This document shows positions 60,505-64,000 of a stretch of DNA of 64,000 nucleotides, piece by piece. The translations under genes were made by a program, and so were the position numbers. The notes under the pieces were generated by a model. The model made no database searches, had not been told where the DNA came from, and saw nothing but the letters and a program-made list of their open reading frames with translations. Position 1 is the first letter of the stretch, and each line of letters opens with the position of its first letter. The stretch comes from an uncultured delta proteobacterium (lineage in GTDB: Bacteria > Desulfobacterota > Syntrophia > Syntrophales > UBA2185): the NCBI GenBank assembly GCA_963729715.1, contig CAVSPA010000006.1:192001-256000 (forward strand). The letters are read 5' to 3'.

Positions 60505-61203
60505 ATGAGTTTTTCAAGAAGGGATGCGCTCCATATTCTCGTTAGCGGCGCAGTTTCCACCCTTATTTTTACATCTTTTAAAGTCAGTGGTGCCAAAGCA
60601 TTACCCCGCCCGCCAGGTGCGCTCATCGAACCGGAATTTCTCAAGTACTGCACACGGTGCTACCAGTGCATCGATGTTTGTCCTGCCGACGCCCTTCATC
60701 CAGCAGGCATTTCCGGCGGCATTCCCAATATTGGAACACCGGTCCTGGACTGGAAGAAGTGCATCTTCTGCATGAACTGTATCAGGACGTGTCCTACGGG
60801 GGCCATAAAGAGGATCTCCCGGGACGATATCGATATCGGGAACGCCGTAATCAATCCGAGTACGTGCCTTACATGGTCGGGCAAGAGCAAGTGTGACATC
60901 TGCTACAACGCCTGCCGCTACGACGCGATCAAATTGGAGAATAAGATTTACCCCGTGGTTCTCGAAGATCCCTGCACTGGCTGCGGGGCGTGCGAGAGAA
61001 AGTGCCCGACGAATCCGAAATCCATCGTCGTCTATTACGAAAAGGTAAAAAGATTCCTGCCACCCGAAAAAGGTATATCATTGCGCCTTCCCGATGAAGC
61101 AGGCAAGAAACACGGCGAAGAGGATTTCAAGGACTGGTTTGTAGAAAGGATCAAGAAGCTCGGCAAATCATACGGCATCATTAAGGAAGAGGAAGATGAA
61201 TAA
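60505..61203 (+). CDS. NapG/MauM-like ferredoxin
   Basis: SRRDAL signal-like N-terminus, RPPGA, four Fe-S motifs. Confidence 0.82.
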   Translation: MSFSRRDALHILVSGAVSTLIFTSFKVSGAKALPRPPGALIEPEFLKYCTRCYQCIDVCPADALHPAGISGGIPNIGTPVLDWKKCIFCMNCIRTCPTGAIKRISRDDIDIGNAVINPSTCLTWSGKSKCDICYNACRYDAIKLENKIYPVVLEDPCTGCGACERKCPTNPKSIVVYYEKVKRFLPPEKGISLRLPDEAGKKHGEEDFKDWFVERIKKLGKSYGIIKEEEDE

Positions 61204-62433
61204 ATGAACAGAACGAATGCATCTCCTGTTCTTGTCATTGGCGGCGGTGTCGCCGGCATTGGCGCGGCTCTCGACATGGCGGACTGCGGCCATGCCGTCC
61301 ATCTCGTGGAGAAGAGACACATCCTCGGTGGCCAGGTTGCCAGGCTCGATAAACTCTATCCTACGGATCACTGCGCCTTTTGTCCGCTCTGGACGGATAT
61401 CAAGAAACTGAGGGACAATCCCCTGATTACCGTCCACACATCCACGGAAGTGAAAGAACTCAAGAGAGAGGGCGGCCGCGTCCACGCGGTCGTGGTCAGA
61501 AAACCTCCGGTCATCGATGGAAGCAACTGCGTCTTCTGCGGGAAGTGCGCAGGAGTTTGCACCGAAGCTGCCATTAAGACCCTGGGTGACCATGTTTATC
61601 CGCCCACTTACCTGGTTAGAGAGGAAATCTGCAACAGGTGCGAAAAGTGCGTGAAGGAATGCCCCGCGGGAGCCATCGATTTTCAGAGGAGAGAAGAGAC
61701 ATCTGAACTCGTGTTCGACGATGTCATATGGGCCTCCGGATTTACGGAAGTCGATCTGTCGCCGCTTCCGGAATTCGGACTGGGAAAACATCCGGACATC
61801 ATGACGGCAATGCAGTTTGAGAACTGGACGGCAGAGGCAGGGCTTAACAAAGGGGCGATTACAAAAAAATCAAATTCCACAGTTCCCCGCAACATCGCCT
61901 TCATACAGTGTGCAGGGGCAAGGGATCAGAGGCTGCTCTCATACTGTTCCGCCGTCTGCTGCATGCATGCCATGAAGCAGGCCCAATGGGCGATGAAGAG
62001 AAATCCGGAGATTCAGTGCGTCGTCTTCTATACCGATCTACGTACGGTGGGGCGCGACTATTACGAGTACTCCCTGCGGGACATAGGCGGAAGCCACGTG
62101 CGACTCATAAGGGGGAGACCGTCTCTGATCTATCCGCTCCCCGGGCGGGACGGCATCGCAGTAAAGTTTGAAAACACCATGACTCAGAAAAGGGAGATAT
62201 GGAAATTCGATATGGTTGTCCTCAACGGCAATATCGGGTCTTCCCTGAAAAAGAAAGATCAGGGAGAACATTTTTCACCTGCTCTTTCCGGCGATGGATT
62301 TGTGAATTCGGCGTCCGATGATATTTCCCGCTTTTCCTGCGGCTTCAGCGCGGAGCCTGTGGATGTGGCGGAGTCGGTCATCCAGGCATCATCCGCCGCA
62401 ATAAGAGCCATTCTGGCAAAAAGGAATAAATAA
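61204..62433 (+). CDS. hdrA: Heterodisulfide reductase subunit A-like protein
   Basis: GGGVAG, LDKLYPTDHC, ferredoxin insert, FIQCAGARD..YCS.VCC. Confidence 0.85.
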   Translation: MNRTNASPVLVIGGGVAGIGAALDMADCGHAVHLVEKRHILGGQVARLDKLYPTDHCAFCPLWTDIKKLRDNPLITVHTSTEVKELKREGGRVHAVVVRKPPVIDGSNCVFCGKCAGVCTEAAIKTLGDHVYPPTYLVREEICNRCEKCVKECPAGAIDFQRREETSELVFDDVIWASGFTEVDLSPLPEFGLGKHPDIMTAMQFENWTAEAGLNKGAITKKSNSTVPRNIAFIQCAGARDQRLLSYCSAVCCMHAMKQAQWAMKRNPEIQCVVFYTDLRTVGRDYYEYSLRDIGGSHVRLIRGRPSLIYPLPGRDGIAVKFENTMTQKREIWKFDMVVLNGNIGSSLKKKDQGEHFSPALSGDGFVNSASDDISRFSCGFSAEPVDVAESVIQASSAAIRAILAKRNK

Positions 62434-62436
62434 GAA

Positions 62437-64000
62437 ATGTCGGGAATCGCAGTTTTTCTTTGCAGATGTTTCGGAGAAGTCAATCGCGTGATTGATCTCG
62501 ATTCACTGCAAAAAAGATCGGAGAAAAATGACGCAGTCGTTTTTTCCTCCGTTTGCGAATCCCTCTGTTTCACGGATGATATTGAAAAGGCAGCCCTGCG
62601 CATCGGGGAGTCCGGTGCGGACAAGATTGTGATCGGCGGATGCTCGCATCTGGCAAGAGGCGGTGCGATTATCGACGGTCTCGTGAAGGGGGGAATAAAG
62701 CGCGCCGCTATTGGCTTGGTTGACCTGAGGGAGGCGTGTGCATGGATTCACGAGGATGATCCGGAAAAGGCAACGGAGAAGGCATGGGACCTGATCCGCA
62801 TGGAAATGTCCTCCCTTCATCACCGGCGGGAATCGAATGATGTCACGGTGAGTGTGTGTCCGGAAGCGATGGTTGTCGGCGCTGGTCCGGCGGGGCTTTC
62901 CGCCGCGCAGACGCTCGCGCGATTGGGTTTCAAGGTGCATCTTGTGGAGAGGGGATCAAAACCCGGGGGCATGCTCAACCTGATCTCCCACGTGTATCCA
63001 TCAGATGAAAAGGCGTCCGAAAAAATAAAGGTGTTCGTTGATGAGATGGAAAAGAATCATCTTATCCATTTCTATCCGAAGACGAAGATACATGCCATTA
63101 CGGGCTTTGCCGGCAACTTCAAAGTGCAGTTATCTTCCTCGGCAGGCGAACAGAGGCTCCGGGTAGGGGCCGTCATCCTTGCCTCGGGCGCGCGGGTATG
63201 GCTTCCCCATGGCCTTTACAGATATGGCAAGCTCAGGAACGTGATCACCCAGATGGAGCTGGAGAGGCAATTCATCAAAGGTCCGCGCGAGATCAAGACG
63301 GCTGTCTTTATTCAGTGCGTGGGCGCCAGGAATAGTGAGCGGCCTTATTGCGCGACCATGTGTTGTCCCTCAAGCCTGAAAAACGCTGTAAGAATCAAGG
63401 AAGAAAATCCCGATGCACGGGTGTTCATCCTCCATCGCGATATCATGACGCCCGGAAGCGTCTTGGAGGCGTATTACAGAAGTGCCCTCGCCAAAGGGGT
63501 GCAGTTTATCCGCTTCGAAGAGAAGCACCCTCCTGAAATGATCGGTGATGAACATGTAGAGAGTGTGGAGGTTTTCGACAGCATCAGCGGGATGAAGAGG
63601 AAGCTCGATTGCGATCTCGTCGTTTTGAGTACGCCTCTTGTGCCCAATGACGATAACGTAAAGCTCGCCCACATGCTCGGTCTGCAAGTTGACCGCTACA
63701 GCTTCTTGTCGGAAATCTATCCCCTCCATCCCCTGGAAACAAGGATGGACGGTGTTTTCATCTGCGGCTCTGCCAGGTGGCCAGTGTCATCGGATAACGC
63801 AATGGTGCAAGGGGAAGGAGCAGCCGCCAAGGCCGCGGCGCTCTTAGGGAGGGAAGCCGTTTCGGCCTTGTCTTTAAGCCGGGTTCCCGGAGAAAAACTC
63901 GGCCATGCCTCAGTCAGTGCCGAGAAGTGCACTGGGTGCGGCAATTGTGTAGCTGTCTGCCCCTTTGCTGCGTGCCGTCTTCAGAAGATGGGAAGGAAAT
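62437..64000 (+). CDS. hdrA: Second HdrA-like flavoprotein, truncated by the window edge
   Basis: Translated by hand: MSGIAVFLCRC..., VVGAGPAG, FIQCVGAR..PYC..CC, CTGCGNCV.VCP; absent from the ORF track because no stop lies in the window. Confidence 0.85.
   Translation, partial: MSGIAVFLCRCFGEVNRVIDLDSLQKRSEKNDAVVFSSVCESLCFTDDIEKAALRIGESGADKIVIGGCSHLARGGAIIDGLVKGGIKRAAIGLVDLREACAWIHEDDPEKATEKAWDLIRMEMSSLHHRRESNDVTVSVCPEAMVVGAGPAGLSAAQTLARLGFKVHLVERGSKPGGMLNLISHVYPSDEKASEKIKVFVDEMEKNHLIHFYPKTKIHAITGFAGNFKVQLSSSAGEQRLRVGAVILASGARVWLPHGLYRYGKLRNVITQMELERQFIKGPREIKTAVFIQCVGARNSERPYCATMCCPSSLKNAVRIKEENPDARVFILHRDIMTPGSVLEAYYRSALAKGVQFIRFEEKHPPEMIGDEHVESVEVFDSISGMKRKLDCDLVVLSTPLVPNDDNVKLAHMLGLQVDRYSFLSEIYPLHPLETRMDGVFICGSARWPVSSDNAMVQGEGAAAKAAALLGREAVSALSLSRVPGEKLGHASVSAEKCTGCGNCVAVCPFAACRLQKMGRK

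Noticed and set aside
1..64000. CRISPR arrays, integrases, prophage genes, or a tRNA-anchored island
   Set aside because: No regularly spaced direct repeats or such genes seen by eye; the tRNA is followed by housekeeping genes and I saw no duplicated 3' end

Overview
Chromosomal window from an anaerobic deltaproteobacterium (Desulfobacterota/Syntrophales-like, inferred from gene content and order). It is mostly housekeeping: a complete shikimate/Phe/Tyr operon (aroF-aroB-pheA-aroDE-aroA-aroK-aroC-tyrA), a partial his cluster, yqeY-dnaG-rpoD-tRNA(CAT), rnpB, hemL/ahbB, signalling genes (ZraSR-like two-component system, diguanylate cyclase, CdaA-YbbR diadenylate cyclase), and a ModE-linked tungsten aldehyde oxidoreductase/HdrA region that runs off the right end. 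The strongest features missing from the ORF track are non-coding. (1) A ribosome-dependent attenuator upstream of the aro operon has a FYYWNYYF leader peptide and two tandem terminators that appear to be switched by a domino of alternative pairings. (2) A candidate sigma54-dependent sRNA of about 125 nt carries an exposed anti-Shine-Dalgarno motif and lies divergent from the two-component system. Also notable: an RpoD with a degenerate region 4.2, a FeeM-like N-acyltransferase + ThiF + MFS mini-cluster, Tat signals on a rubredoxin and on the AOR Fe-S subunit, IS200/IS605-like end remnants, and three damaged genes. All product calls come from motif recognition by eye; no searches were run.
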